Positions 23,001 through 31,669 of a stretch of DNA of 64,000 nt are shown piece after piece. The DNA comes from Promethearchaeota archaeon (GTDB taxonomy: Archaea > Asgardarchaeota > Lokiarchaeia > Sigyniarchaeales > SOKP01). Numbering within the stretch: position 1 is the stretch's first letter; each line of letters begins with the position of its first letter. A program made the translations under genes and the position numbers. The stretch spans positions 4,792 through 68,791 of the forward strand of contig SDNW01000002.1 in the NCBI GenBank assembly GCA_004524725.1, read 5' to 3'. Under the pieces are notes generated by a model. It saw only the letters and a program-made list of their open reading frames with translations. It was not told the origin of the DNA and ran no database searches.

Positions 23001-24805
23001 ACTTAGATGATAATTTTGATCCTATCTACTATAAAGGAGTAATGTTAGATCATTTTTCATTATATAACTATTCAAATCAGCACGTTCCTCAGTATTCTTT
23101 TGACATTAATCATGATGTCTATTCTGATGAAGAGTCGCGATTCTCAATGTATGAGTTCTCGTGCGATTATTATGATAAGGATGGAAACTATCCGGAATAC
23201 GTTTATCTTGAGATAAATAACAATAATTATACTATGATTAATGCCTATGGCGATTGGAATGTTAGTTCTGACAGTTCTAACAAGTGGGGAGTTTCTTTTA
23301 CTCGTTCTTTGCCTATTCATGATTTTTCAAATCAATCTTTTCGCTTCCATATTTATGATGGTAATTATCTGAATACCTCTGAATGGTTTAATTCGGATAA
23401 TAATTTATTTCCTCTCTCTGTTCCAACCATTCTTCAATTTAATACCTACATGAATTCAACATTGATTGGTTATCAATTTTCAAATCAACTTTACCCTGAT
23501 TTTTATGTTGCTGGTAAACCCATACCGAGCGAACAAACAGCTTGGTTAAGAGGTGAAAATACATGGCATACTGTTACGCGCTTCAATATATCATATCTCT
23601 ATGGGGGACTCGGACAAAGCTTTGGGAGCCTTTACACTGGTTATTATCAAGGATGGAATGCTAATTTAATTAGTCGACCATTACAATTAAGAGGCGACCA
23701 TAATATATATTTGCAATATTTTTATGATATTTCTCTTCAAAATGAGTTTGCTTTAGAAGAAAATGAACTTGATTATTGTAGTGTCTCTATTTCTCAAGAT
23801 TTTGGAGAAACATGGGAAGAACTAAAGAGTTATTATTATGACGATGAAACTTTATCCGGTAATGAAAGCATAGATTTATCTGCATACGAAAATGAAGTAG
23901 TTATGATAATGTTTACTCTTTACTCTAATAATTTAACGGTAGGATTAGGTTCGGGATGGTTATTATCTGATATATATATTGGTTTTGATAAAAATACAGA
24001 TTTCATAAATCCTGAAATTGTTTTTCTTAAACCAGATATTAATGAATTAGTAAATTCTGTAACTGAGATTGAAGCTTTAATTACAGATAATTATGGTATT
24101 GATCCTTCAAGAATTTATTTGTATTTGAACGATAAATTGGTAGGAAGCCAATATTATGATTATGATATTGAGACGGGTATTTTCAATTACAATTGGGATA
24201 CTACCTATTCTATTGATGGGTCTTATGAACTAAAAATAATTGCGTTTGATGAGGAAGGAAATAAAGCAGAAAAATCTGTGATGGTGATAGTTGAAAATGG
24301 TTTTATTAACTGGCACACATGGGGTCCTTGGATTATCATAATCATTGGAACTGTTATTTTAGGCATAGTTTTGTTTATTCTTGCAGAGAAAAAAGGTACT
24401 ATTTGGATTAAACGCATGAAAAATAATAATGCAGAAAATTTAAGATTAAAAGATATTGATAAGGATCAAGTAATCAAGCGTATTGAAATAATCGAATCGG
24501 AATACGCCCAAGATCGCCCTTTAACTTTACATTGTAAATATTGTGATTCATGGTTTGAATCGAAAAAATTTGATTATATATGTCCTGTATGTGAGCATGA
24601 TACACTTTACGTGGCTTATAATTGTTTAAATTGTAAAAAATGGTATTTTAAAGATGAACCTGGAGATAATTATTACTGCTCGAAATGTGAAGGAATTAAA
24701 TTAATCCCAAGAGAGAAAGAAGAAGTTAAAGGAATTTTAGCGAACCAAGGATATGTTTTAAGGAAATATGAGTATAAAGATAAAAAATTTAGTATTTTAG
24801 ACTAA
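20024..24805 (+). CDS. Membrane-anchored subtilisin-like serine protease (peptidase S8) with cytoplasmic zinc-ribbon tail
   Basis: S8 catalytic residues: Asp (IALLDSGV), His (DDNGHGTF), oxyanion Asn (IAAGNYG), Ser (LEGTSISAA). N-terminal anchor IIIIGLIVIGIISTGIGLI. I9-like propeptide. PPC-like domain (FDMFLFS...ILIVKANEGESDFSVNV). Ig-like domain. C-terminal TM (WIIIIIGTVILGIVLFILA). Four CxxC pairs. Start moved to ATG 20024 (ATGAATAA overlaps the upstream stop). The first 34 codons of the track ORF lie inside the previous gene. Confidence 0.85.
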   Translation: MNKRIIIIGLIVIGIISTGIGLINFINNNNVLDFHQFSSEKSNLNSADGEIAPFIVYFNSSSYNIFAETRFIDYGGIINNQRKWNGIFNEFSGFAGTFPLENISFYKAEFPNINIERDEILEVQMNYAAIQSHAINSTWSLNGYTGDINSSIALLDSGVNPDQDFLNGKISDWYNFINSDPISDDNGHGTFLSSVIAGTGTRSYDSIEPSITNIYGNYSHLELFNEFIPSKNYSLKLISLNLSKIDSYFQLSSICDFNIVEIDKMWFELYLNSTLLNSTLHLNPFLNQEFQYKVLDKGVYDLILKYHKKSEVIPNFSFNATISFFPETCTPNFNHFTGIANGSKIASYKVVNQSGLGNSSDLISALSRVIQNRVSKHIMAVCLSIGTLGDDYIALNKVIDEVTNNNILVVIAAGNYGIEGSDPFNKLGINKNGIVVGSTNDIDQVSSFSSMGKNIGEGIIKPDIMAPGGSSLLGHRSIVSADHYSDETTSLEGTSISAAIVSGAINILIEAGWGDWDTWNTQDLSKWSKIIKAILLMTASETNLDREDDPNTIIDESDFSPSSFNGFTDSLKDSHEGYGRLNIQAAIDALTKEMAVSNSVSDRLISSSLNPLGNHVFARKIQLESNSQYQFNLSNVNEESDFDMFLFSNESDQYGEPILLQSTQKWFGKFDSFYFTPKQNESECILIVKANEGESDFSVNVSLVENLYIPELKISEISYLGGEKNATIISQQEFFGNSPLKNYSIDRYWFYIDYFDADITNVPPQEVVVHIIETAKNYTLYQLNQADNNYTDGAQFRGQLIEFPSPGEYHYFFSASDGTNNVRFPASNNFTVSIEFPTDSESFPYTHNFSEGLANWYFNGTGWDILTQSNLIDNRSQIYDDDWSSVYFGRDHIFPSNYTYQPYNIEDFYPNGTLFSPLFNLTGIITNTTHPFAKLGLRTSINMGDSILLQINLNWTGWRTLKTYTNQERDWFIDIFNLTEYIGNFVQFRFFTNLDDNFDPIYYKGVMLDHFSLYNYSNQHVPQYSFDINHDVYSDEESRFSMYEFSCDYYDKDGNYPEYVYLEINNNNYTMINAYGDWNVSSDSSNKWGVSFTRSLPIHDFSNQSFRFHIYDGNYLNTSEWFNSDNNLFPLSVPTILQFNTYMNSTLIGYQFSNQLYPDFYVAGKPIPSEQTAWLRGENTWHTVTRFNISYLYGGLGQSFGSLYTGYYQGWNANLISRPLQLRGDHNIYLQYFYDISLQNEFALEENELDYCSVSISQDFGETWEELKSYYYDDETLSGNESIDLSAYENEVVMIMFTLYSNNLTVGLGSGWLLSDIYIGFDKNTDFINPEIVFLKPDINELVNSVTEIEALITDNYGIDPSRIYLYLNDKLVGSQYYDYDIETGIFNYNWDTTYSIDGSYELKIIAFDEEGNKAEKSVMVIVENGFINWHTWGPWIIIIIGTVILGIVLFILAEKKGTIWIKRMKNNNAENLRLKDIDKDQVIKRIEIIESEYAQDRPLTLHCKYCDSWFESKKFDYICPVCEHDTLYVAYNCLNCKKWYFKDEPGDNYYCSKCEGIKLIPREKEEVKGILANQGYVLRKYEYKDKKFSILD

Positions 24806-24830
24806 AATAAGAAAATATACAATTAAAACG

Positions 24831-27797
24831 ATGCGATTAGAAAATCTATTATATAGAATGCGGAGTAAAATTAGATTACGTTATATTAAGCATGCATGGC
24901 TGAATATTAAGAAAGATAAAGCTAAAACAATTTTTGGTATTGCGGGCATCATGACCTCTATCATATTATTAACTGCAATTGGAATGGTAAATGATACTTT
25001 ATCTTACAATTATATGGAGATTGTAACAAGCACCACGGGTAATTCCGATATATTGATATCAAAACGAATTCAAACTGATTTAAATTACAATCCGTTTTTT
25101 AATGAAAGCATTATCGAAACTAAACTCAGTAATATTGAAGGTGTTGAGGAATTATTTCCGCGAATGATGATGTTAGTAAGATCAGATTCAGAAAATATCG
25201 CATCCAATTACACGCTCCAGTTATATGGAATAGATTTTATTAAGGAGTCATCAAATGGTCATATAGGAAATTTAAATGTAGTTGATTCAGAAGGGAAAGA
25301 AACGGGAGAAGTATATTCTGACGAACCTAATATGGGAGAGTGTGTATTATTATGGAATAGTGCCCAATTATTAAATGTGACTCTTGGTGATTTTATACAA
25401 GTTGATTATCTAGGAGACTCTGTAGAGTTGGAAATTGTTGAAGTTTGTAGACAGGAGCTAAAATTTACGGAGCTTGAAAATACTTTAATTCTTGTGAATA
25501 TTGAACAAGCTCAGTCTATTTTGACTCGAGGAAGGAAAGAAATAAACTTTATTGCAGGTACCGTTGAAAATCCCGAATCTATTTATGATGTAAGGGATGT
25601 AGATCTCACATTGAGAAAACTAAGGACTATTGGAACGAGAATTCAAACCAAATTAGATCCTAATGAATTTACCGTATCAATGCCTAAATTAGAGGAGTTA
25701 AGTGCTCAGCAATTTTTATTAATCGCTATGACTATTATCTTTTGGTTTATTACTATTATCTCAATTTTAATTACGGGTATTTTAATAAATTCAATCCTAT
25801 CTACTTCTAGCGAAGAACGAATTAGAGAATATGGTGTTCTTCGGGTATTAGGAGGGAGGAAAACCTTTCCAGTAAAAATTGTAATTTTTGAAGGCTTTTT
25901 TATGGGATTAACAGGTTCAATATTGGGTATTATCATTGGATTAATTTTTACCCCTCCGATTGTGAATGCGTTATACATAATAACTGGTTCACCCTTTCAA
26001 AATTTTGATTATGTTATCCAACCTCAAACAATTATTCTTGCTTTTTCAATTGGATCAGCGACTTCATTGGTGATTTCGCTACTCCCTGCATTAAAAACTA
26101 GCAAGTTGAACATTATTAAATCCATTACTCCATTCCATTCAAAAGAAGAAGGTTGGGAAGTAAAGAAAGAAGGAAGTGTAAATGTGAGAAATTTTTTAAT
26201 CGGTTTGTCCATTGCTACCATCGGAATGGTAGTTTTTATATTATTACCCAATATTATAGTGACAGGAAATTTCATGAGCATTGCAGGTTTGTTCATTGGA
26301 TTATTGGGTGCTATTTTAATCGGACTTGTCTTTAGTTCAGTAGGAATTGTTCCGATAATTCAAAATGGGATACTTTATATTATCTCCCCTTTTATACGCA
26401 AATACTACAATATTATTAAAATCTCCCTTAAACGCAATCGTAGAAGGAATACCAGTACAATAGTGATGTTTGCTTTGAGTTTCTCATTCATTTTCTTTAT
26501 CACGAGCGTAACTGAAATGGAAACCCAGAATACGGCCTTGAATTTAAGATTTCAGTATGGTTCCGATTTAGTAATTATAAATCAAGGGCTTGATGCTAGT
26601 GTTGATGCCGTAACTTTAGAGATGGTAAATGATTTGACATCGTTAGTGGGGATTGATGATTTGGCAATGACGCTTTATAATATGTTCGACATCACCTCAA
26701 TATTATCAATCGCATATAGTTTCGGAGCAGAAGGCTCATTTGATGAAGAATCGATTAATGAAGCTTTCCTAGACATTTTTGAATTTTATTCGCAACAGAG
26801 ACAATCAAAATATCAAGTTATTGCTTCAGATATTGCTCGACATGATGAGTTGGAAATTGGGTTTGTAGGAATCGAAGATAACTATTATAATGTCATGGAC
26901 AGAGAGCTCTTTATATGGAGCAGCCCTTCTAGTGGATTCAATTATTCATTTAGTGAATTATTTAATCACAACGATACTTGCATAATTGCTACTTCTTTAG
27001 CAACAAGATTAGGAATACAGGATATTGGAGAACAAATTCTTCTTACCTTCTATGATCCAGAAAAAGAAGTAGATTTAGGAACTCCTATACTCCTTGAAGT
27101 GGTAGGAATATCTGGTGGCATGCCCGGATTCTTTAATTTCCGTAGTTCTGAGATGACTGCAGAAGGAGGAGGTATCATGGTTTCTTTGGATAATTATATG
27201 AATTTGATGAATGTAACAAATGCGGGAGAGGACAATATGATTATTGACAAAATTTATGTTAATCTTCTTGATGCTTCAGATGAAAATATTCAGGAAGTGA
27301 AGGAAGAAATCAGAACTCTATACTCAGATAAAGATTATTTTCTAGATGATGCTATTTCAAAAATAAATTTCATGAACGATATGTTTCAGAGACAAAGCAC
27401 AATGCTTGAAATTATTACTTGGTTTGCCATTGCCATTGCGATCTTTGGCTTAGTAAGTACGATGTATGCGATAATGCTTGAGCGAAAATTTGAGATCGGT
27501 ATTTTAAGATCCCTTGGAATGAAAACAAGAAATGTAAGAAATCTATTTTTAATCGAAAGTTTATTAATATTAATATCCTCAGGAACCATGGGGACCATTA
27601 TTGGCACTTATAGTGCTTATCTTATGGAAACAAATATAGGACTTTTTAACGAATTACCGATAGTATTTTCAATTCCAGTTGATGCGTTACTCCGAGTTTT
27701 TATTATATCTATAGTAATAGGATTTGTTGGAATGTATTTAATATTAATAAGATTAAGTAAACAAACCATTATGGATATTTTTAGACAGACTTTTTAA
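24831..27797 (+). CDS. Second ABC transporter permease with two FtsX domains (paralog of 13049..16042)
   Basis: 988 aa with the same architecture. FtsX blocks contain EERIREYGVLRVLGGRK and ERKFEIGILRSLGMKTRN. Confidence 0.85.
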   Translation: MRLENLLYRMRSKIRLRYIKHAWLNIKKDKAKTIFGIAGIMTSIILLTAIGMVNDTLSYNYMEIVTSTTGNSDILISKRIQTDLNYNPFFNESIIETKLSNIEGVEELFPRMMMLVRSDSENIASNYTLQLYGIDFIKESSNGHIGNLNVVDSEGKETGEVYSDEPNMGECVLLWNSAQLLNVTLGDFIQVDYLGDSVELEIVEVCRQELKFTELENTLILVNIEQAQSILTRGRKEINFIAGTVENPESIYDVRDVDLTLRKLRTIGTRIQTKLDPNEFTVSMPKLEELSAQQFLLIAMTIIFWFITIISILITGILINSILSTSSEERIREYGVLRVLGGRKTFPVKIVIFEGFFMGLTGSILGIIIGLIFTPPIVNALYIITGSPFQNFDYVIQPQTIILAFSIGSATSLVISLLPALKTSKLNIIKSITPFHSKEEGWEVKKEGSVNVRNFLIGLSIATIGMVVFILLPNIIVTGNFMSIAGLFIGLLGAILIGLVFSSVGIVPIIQNGILYIISPFIRKYYNIIKISLKRNRRRNTSTIVMFALSFSFIFFITSVTEMETQNTALNLRFQYGSDLVIINQGLDASVDAVTLEMVNDLTSLVGIDDLAMTLYNMFDITSILSIAYSFGAEGSFDEESINEAFLDIFEFYSQQRQSKYQVIASDIARHDELEIGFVGIEDNYYNVMDRELFIWSSPSSGFNYSFSELFNHNDTCIIATSLATRLGIQDIGEQILLTFYDPEKEVDLGTPILLEVVGISGGMPGFFNFRSSEMTAEGGGIMVSLDNYMNLMNVTNAGEDNMIIDKIYVNLLDASDENIQEVKEEIRTLYSDKDYFLDDAISKINFMNDMFQRQSTMLEIITWFAIAIAIFGLVSTMYAIMLERKFEIGILRSLGMKTRNVRNLFLIESLLILISSGTMGTIIGTYSAYLMETNIGLFNELPIVFSIPVDALLRVFIISIVIGFVGMYLILIRLSKQTIMDIFRQTF

Positions 27798-28423
27798 TTC
27801 TCTTCTAGAAATTTCAACATTTGATTCCACGCTTTCGCTCGATGCGAGATTTGATTTTTCTCAAATGTTGCTAGCTCAGCAAATGTTTTATAAGGAAGTT
27901 CATTTGGGATAAAAATCGGGTCAAAACCAAATCCATAATCTCCCTTTTTTGTAGGTGATATAACCCCCTCAACCCTTCCTTCAAAAACAAGGATTTTGTC
28001 TAGTGATTTATGATATAGTGCGATAACAGTTTCAAAATGGGCTTTTGTTGAATCATAATCATTTATAAGGCGGAGAATTCCTTCATTTCCAATAGTATGG
28101 AGCACATACTTCGAATAAACTCCTGGAAATCCATTGAGAGGTACATCTATGAAGAAGCCAGCATCTTCGATAAAATATGAACTCCTAATATTTTTTTGTA
28201 TACTTTGGAGTTTATAAATTGCTACTTCTTTCAGCGTATCGGCTTGGATTTCGACCGTCGGGAGATCTTTTTGCTTTAAGTGATAGCTAACTTTTGCAGT
28301 TTCAAATAAGTTAGCAATTTCTAAATATTTATGCTTATTCCCTGTAATAAAATAAATTATATCTCTATCATTACTCATAATTGTAATAGTATCGGAATCA
28401 TTATTTAAATTTCGAACAGTCAA
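27794..28423 (-). CDS. Non-canonical purine NTP pyrophosphatase (Ham1/RdgB/ITPase family)
   Basis: 209 aa. FITGNKHKYLE, FIEDAGFFI, GFGFDPIF and SHRAKA motifs typical of ITPases. Confidence 0.85.
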   Translation of the reverse strand: MTVRNLNNDSDTITIMSNDRDIIYFITGNKHKYLEIANLFETAKVSYHLKQKDLPTVEIQADTLKEVAIYKLQSIQKNIRSSYFIEDAGFFIDVPLNGFPGVYSKYVLHTIGNEGILRLINDYDSTKAHFETVIALYHKSLDKILVFEGRVEGVISPTKKGDYGFGFDPIFIPNELPYKTFAELATFEKNQISHRAKAWNQMLKFLEEN

Positions 28424-28557
28424 TTTTTAGATTTAGTGAATGGAGCAATCGTAGAATAGTAGAAATTAAATTCCAAAATTTTATTTTAAATGGTTCTTTA
28501 CTAATTGTATTATTATTATTTACAAAGTGAAATTTTTAAGATAAAAGGAAGTTAACT

Positions 28558-29016
28558 ATGGCTCGAATGCATAGCAGAAAACGAGGGAAATCGGGTTCAA
28601 CAAGACCTGCCCGGTTAGAAAAACCAGTATGGGTTGAACTTTCTGCGGACGAAGTTGAGAACGAAGTGGTTAAATTAGCTAGAAAAGGTCATTCTAAGTC
28701 TAAAATTGGGATTATGCTACGTGATTCCTATGGAGTACCTTTAGTGAAAGTAGTAACGGGAAAGTCAATAAGCCAAATTCTAGAAGAAAACGAAATTGAA
28801 GCCCCCCTACCTGAGGATTTAACCAATTTAGTCAAAAAAGCATTAGCTTTAAGAGAACATTTAGAATCAAATCACAAAGACCTTGAATCGAAAAAAGGTT
28901 TAGGACGAACTGAATCAAAGATTTATCGTTTAATCAAATATTATAAAAAAAATAAAGTTCTTGCTCCTGATTTCAAATATGATCCAGAAAAAATTAGGAC
29001 CATTGTCGCGAGGTAA
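28558..29016 (+). CDS. rps15p: 30S ribosomal protein S15P/S13e
   Basis: 152 aa. The MARMHSRKRGKSGSTRP N-terminus and the LRDSYGVP...L..HL..N.KD pattern are typical of archaeal/eukaryotic uS15. Confidence 0.95.
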   Translation: MARMHSRKRGKSGSTRPARLEKPVWVELSADEVENEVVKLARKGHSKSKIGIMLRDSYGVPLVKVVTGKSISQILEENEIEAPLPEDLTNLVKKALALREHLESNHKDLESKKGLGRTESKIYRLIKYYKKNKVLAPDFKYDPEKIRTIVAR

Positions 29017-29022
29017 TTTTTT

Positions 29023-29823
29023 ATGAGTCAGAAAGCAAGAAAAAGAAAAGCGAAAATTAAGAGAGTTTCTTTTAAAGATAAAGATTGGTATACTATCATT
29101 GCGCCAAAGAGTTTTAATTTTAAGCCAATTGGAGAAATTTTAGGTGTAGAAGGTAATATAAAAGGAAGAACCATAGAAAATCTATTGTTTGATTTTACTG
29201 ATGATTATTCAGATATTAGCCTTAAATTAAAATTTAAAGTAATGGAAGTGAATCCAGAGACAAAAACCTGTAAAAGTATCTTTTTGGGACACCAATATAC
29301 TAATGATTACATTCGATCCTTAATCAGTAGAGGTAGTTCCAAAATCCAATCGATTATTAATCTTACCACTAAAGATGATTATACCTTTAGACTCACTGTG
29401 GTCTGTACTACAATTAGGAGAGCTCGAAGTTCACAGCAAATTTTAATCAGAAAAATTATGCGGGAAATCCTCAAAGAATTTGCGAGATCTCTCAATCATG
29501 AAAAATTCATCACAGGAATGATTTTTGCTGAATTTCAAAATCAAATTCTTCGGGTAGCAAAAACCATCTATCCACTCTCTAGTTCGACTATCATAAAAAG
29601 CAAATTAGTACAAATCCCTGAAGGTGGAGAGGACAAGGAATATGTCCCAAAGGATACTGATTTTGAGATAGTTGAAATTGATGTAGAGCGAAGTAGAAAA
29701 AGTGAAATTAAGAGAACCGAAAGAATTAATGTTAAGAAACTTGGGCGAACTCGATCCCCATCTAAGGAAGAAGAAAACGAAACTGATGACTCTGATGAAG
29801 AAGAATCAGATGTCGAGGAGTAA
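29023..29823 (+). CDS. rps3ae: 30S ribosomal protein S3Ae (eS1) with acidic C-terminal tail
   Basis: 266 aa. The KDKDWYTIIAPKSF start of the eS1 core. Sits 6 nt downstream of rps15p. C-terminal SPSKEEENETDDSDEEESDVEE. Confidence 0.9.
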   Translation: MSQKARKRKAKIKRVSFKDKDWYTIIAPKSFNFKPIGEILGVEGNIKGRTIENLLFDFTDDYSDISLKLKFKVMEVNPETKTCKSIFLGHQYTNDYIRSLISRGSSKIQSIINLTTKDDYTFRLTVVCTTIRRARSSQQILIRKIMREILKEFARSLNHEKFITGMIFAEFQNQILRVAKTIYPLSSSTIIKSKLVQIPEGGEDKEYVPKDTDFEIVEIDVERSRKSEIKRTERINVKKLGRTRSPSKEEENETDDSDEEESDVEE

Positions 29824-29950
29824 GGCCATTCTTTATTAAAACTTATTTTTTGAAAATTCCTATTTTTTTAGAGTATTTTAGAAATATGTATATAGATTTT
29901 TTATCCGACATTCATTCTCTATCTTAATCATTATTCTCATAGTGAATTGA

Positions 29951-31669
29951 ATGTCTAACCAAGAAGGAAATCGTGATAATCCTTACTCTTTTGATGATTA
30001 TCTCCTCGTTAGAGATAATTTTGATTATTATTCCGATGATAATTTTTTACAAGCTTTAGTAAAACATTATCTCCCAGAAGAAGAATACGAAAAGGCTGAT
30101 AGAGATCTACATGCACTTTCCAAATATGTATCTTTTAAATGGAGAGATCTCGCGAACCAGGCAAATGAACTTGATAACCGCATGAAAGTGACCAAATTAA
30201 AACACTATGATGCTTTTAATCACCGGATTGATAGGATTGAGCGATGTTTGGAAACGGAAACCTTGGAGCGGGAAATTTTTAGTTTAGGATTATTTGATCC
30301 CAGTAGGAATACTCCCTGGAGCAGATTTATAAAATTATTCTTATTATATGAAAATGGAGAAGCGGGATGTATGTGTCCTATGGCATGTACTCATGGTTTA
30401 ATTTGGTTACTACAAAAATATGAATCAGAACTATCTGATCCTGTGAAAAACATTCTAAAATACTTAAGAGAAGGCATAAAAGGAGATTATGCTAAAGGAG
30501 CTCAATATGTTAGTGAGATTCAAGGGGGTAGTGATGTTCCAGCTAACCTTGTTGAAGCTGTTTTTGAAGAATCGAAAGGAGATGATGGATATTCCCATTG
30601 CTGGCGTATTTATGGGAAAAAGTTTTTTTGTTCGGCAGTTCATACTGATTACGCTCTAGTAACTGCCAAACCTAAAAATGTTCCATCCTCTACTAAAATA
30701 GCAGCTTTTGTAATTCCATCTTGGCTCCCAGGAAATAAGATGAAAGAAATCCGCAATTCTTATACCATTGATAGGCTCAAACCCAAACTAGGGACTGCAG
30801 AATTGCCTACAGCAGAAGTAACCTATAATGGAGCAGTAGCTTTTCCTGTTGGCCCTTTAGAAAAAGGATTGGCAGATGTTGTAGGAATTGTCTTATCATT
30901 ATCTCGATTGCATGTTGCATTTGGTATGGCTGCTGGAGCGCTTAGAGTGGCTCGAGAAGCAATTTTATATGCCCAATTCCGAGAAGCTTTTGGAGTTCCC
31001 GTTTCACTCTTTCCTTTGATGATTAATCAAATCAATAAATTAAATCATTATGCGATGCGAACTGCAGCGGGATCGTTTAAAGTATATTCCGAATATATCC
31101 ATTTTGAAGAACAATTAATAAGCGGGATAAGGAATATGGAAAAAATTGATAATTTAGAAGAAAGGAAAAGGCGGTTTAGATTACGTGAATTAATCATGCT
31201 TCAAAAAATCGTGGTAGCCGACGAGGCTCCCAAAATGATCCGATTAGCCATTTCTTTTTTTGGAGGGCATGGGGTAATGGAAGATTTTTTATCGCTACCT
31301 CGTTTGCATCGAGATGCGATGATCATGGAACTCTGGGAGGGTCCTCGTAGTGTGTTACTTACTCAAATCCATAGAGACTTTCAGCGAGTTGCAGATTGGT
31401 ATTCCTCCGAAGAATTTATCCAAGATTTGCTTGAAAGAGCGAATAATGATAAAATAAAGGAGTATGCTCTTGAATTTAAAAGAATAATGGATACAGAGAG
31501 TCTGTTGAAAAATGATTCTGAAACATTGACTATTTGTAGAGAATGGGAAAGCTTCTCTAATAAATTATTTATAGCATATCAAGAACAGGCACTTGAAGAA
31601 TTAAATATCGATTTTAAACCACTGCAGTTTTCGAAATGTTTACGTCAATTTAAAAAAAGGGAAACTTAA
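29951..31669 (+). CDS. Acyl-CoA dehydrogenase family protein, AidB-like
   Basis: 572 aa. The EIQGGSDV motif is characteristic of AidB-type ACADs (..EKQGGSDV). The length and C-terminal helical domain are consistent. Confidence 0.7.
   Translation: MSNQEGNRDNPYSFDDYLLVRDNFDYYSDDNFLQALVKHYLPEEEYEKADRDLHALSKYVSFKWRDLANQANELDNRMKVTKLKHYDAFNHRIDRIERCLETETLEREIFSLGLFDPSRNTPWSRFIKLFLLYENGEAGCMCPMACTHGLIWLLQKYESELSDPVKNILKYLREGIKGDYAKGAQYVSEIQGGSDVPANLVEAVFEESKGDDGYSHCWRIYGKKFFCSAVHTDYALVTAKPKNVPSSTKIAAFVIPSWLPGNKMKEIRNSYTIDRLKPKLGTAELPTAEVTYNGAVAFPVGPLEKGLADVVGIVLSLSRLHVAFGMAAGALRVAREAILYAQFREAFGVPVSLFPLMINQINKLNHYAMRTAAGSFKVYSEYIHFEEQLISGIRNMEKIDNLEERKRRFRLRELIMLQKIVVADEAPKMIRLAISFFGGHGVMEDFLSLPRLHRDAMIMELWEGPRSVLLTQIHRDFQRVADWYSSEEFIQDLLERANNDKIKEYALEFKRIMDTESLLKNDSETLTICREWESFSNKLFIAYQEQALEELNIDFKPLQFSKCLRQFKKRET

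Noticed and set aside
21472-27607. Antisense or overlapping small ORFs 21472..21678, 24223..24417, 25706..25978, 26024..26296, 26153..26335 and 27386..27607
   Set aside because: All are embedded in the subtilase and second-permease genes and have hydrophobic or low-complexity mirror-frame translations.
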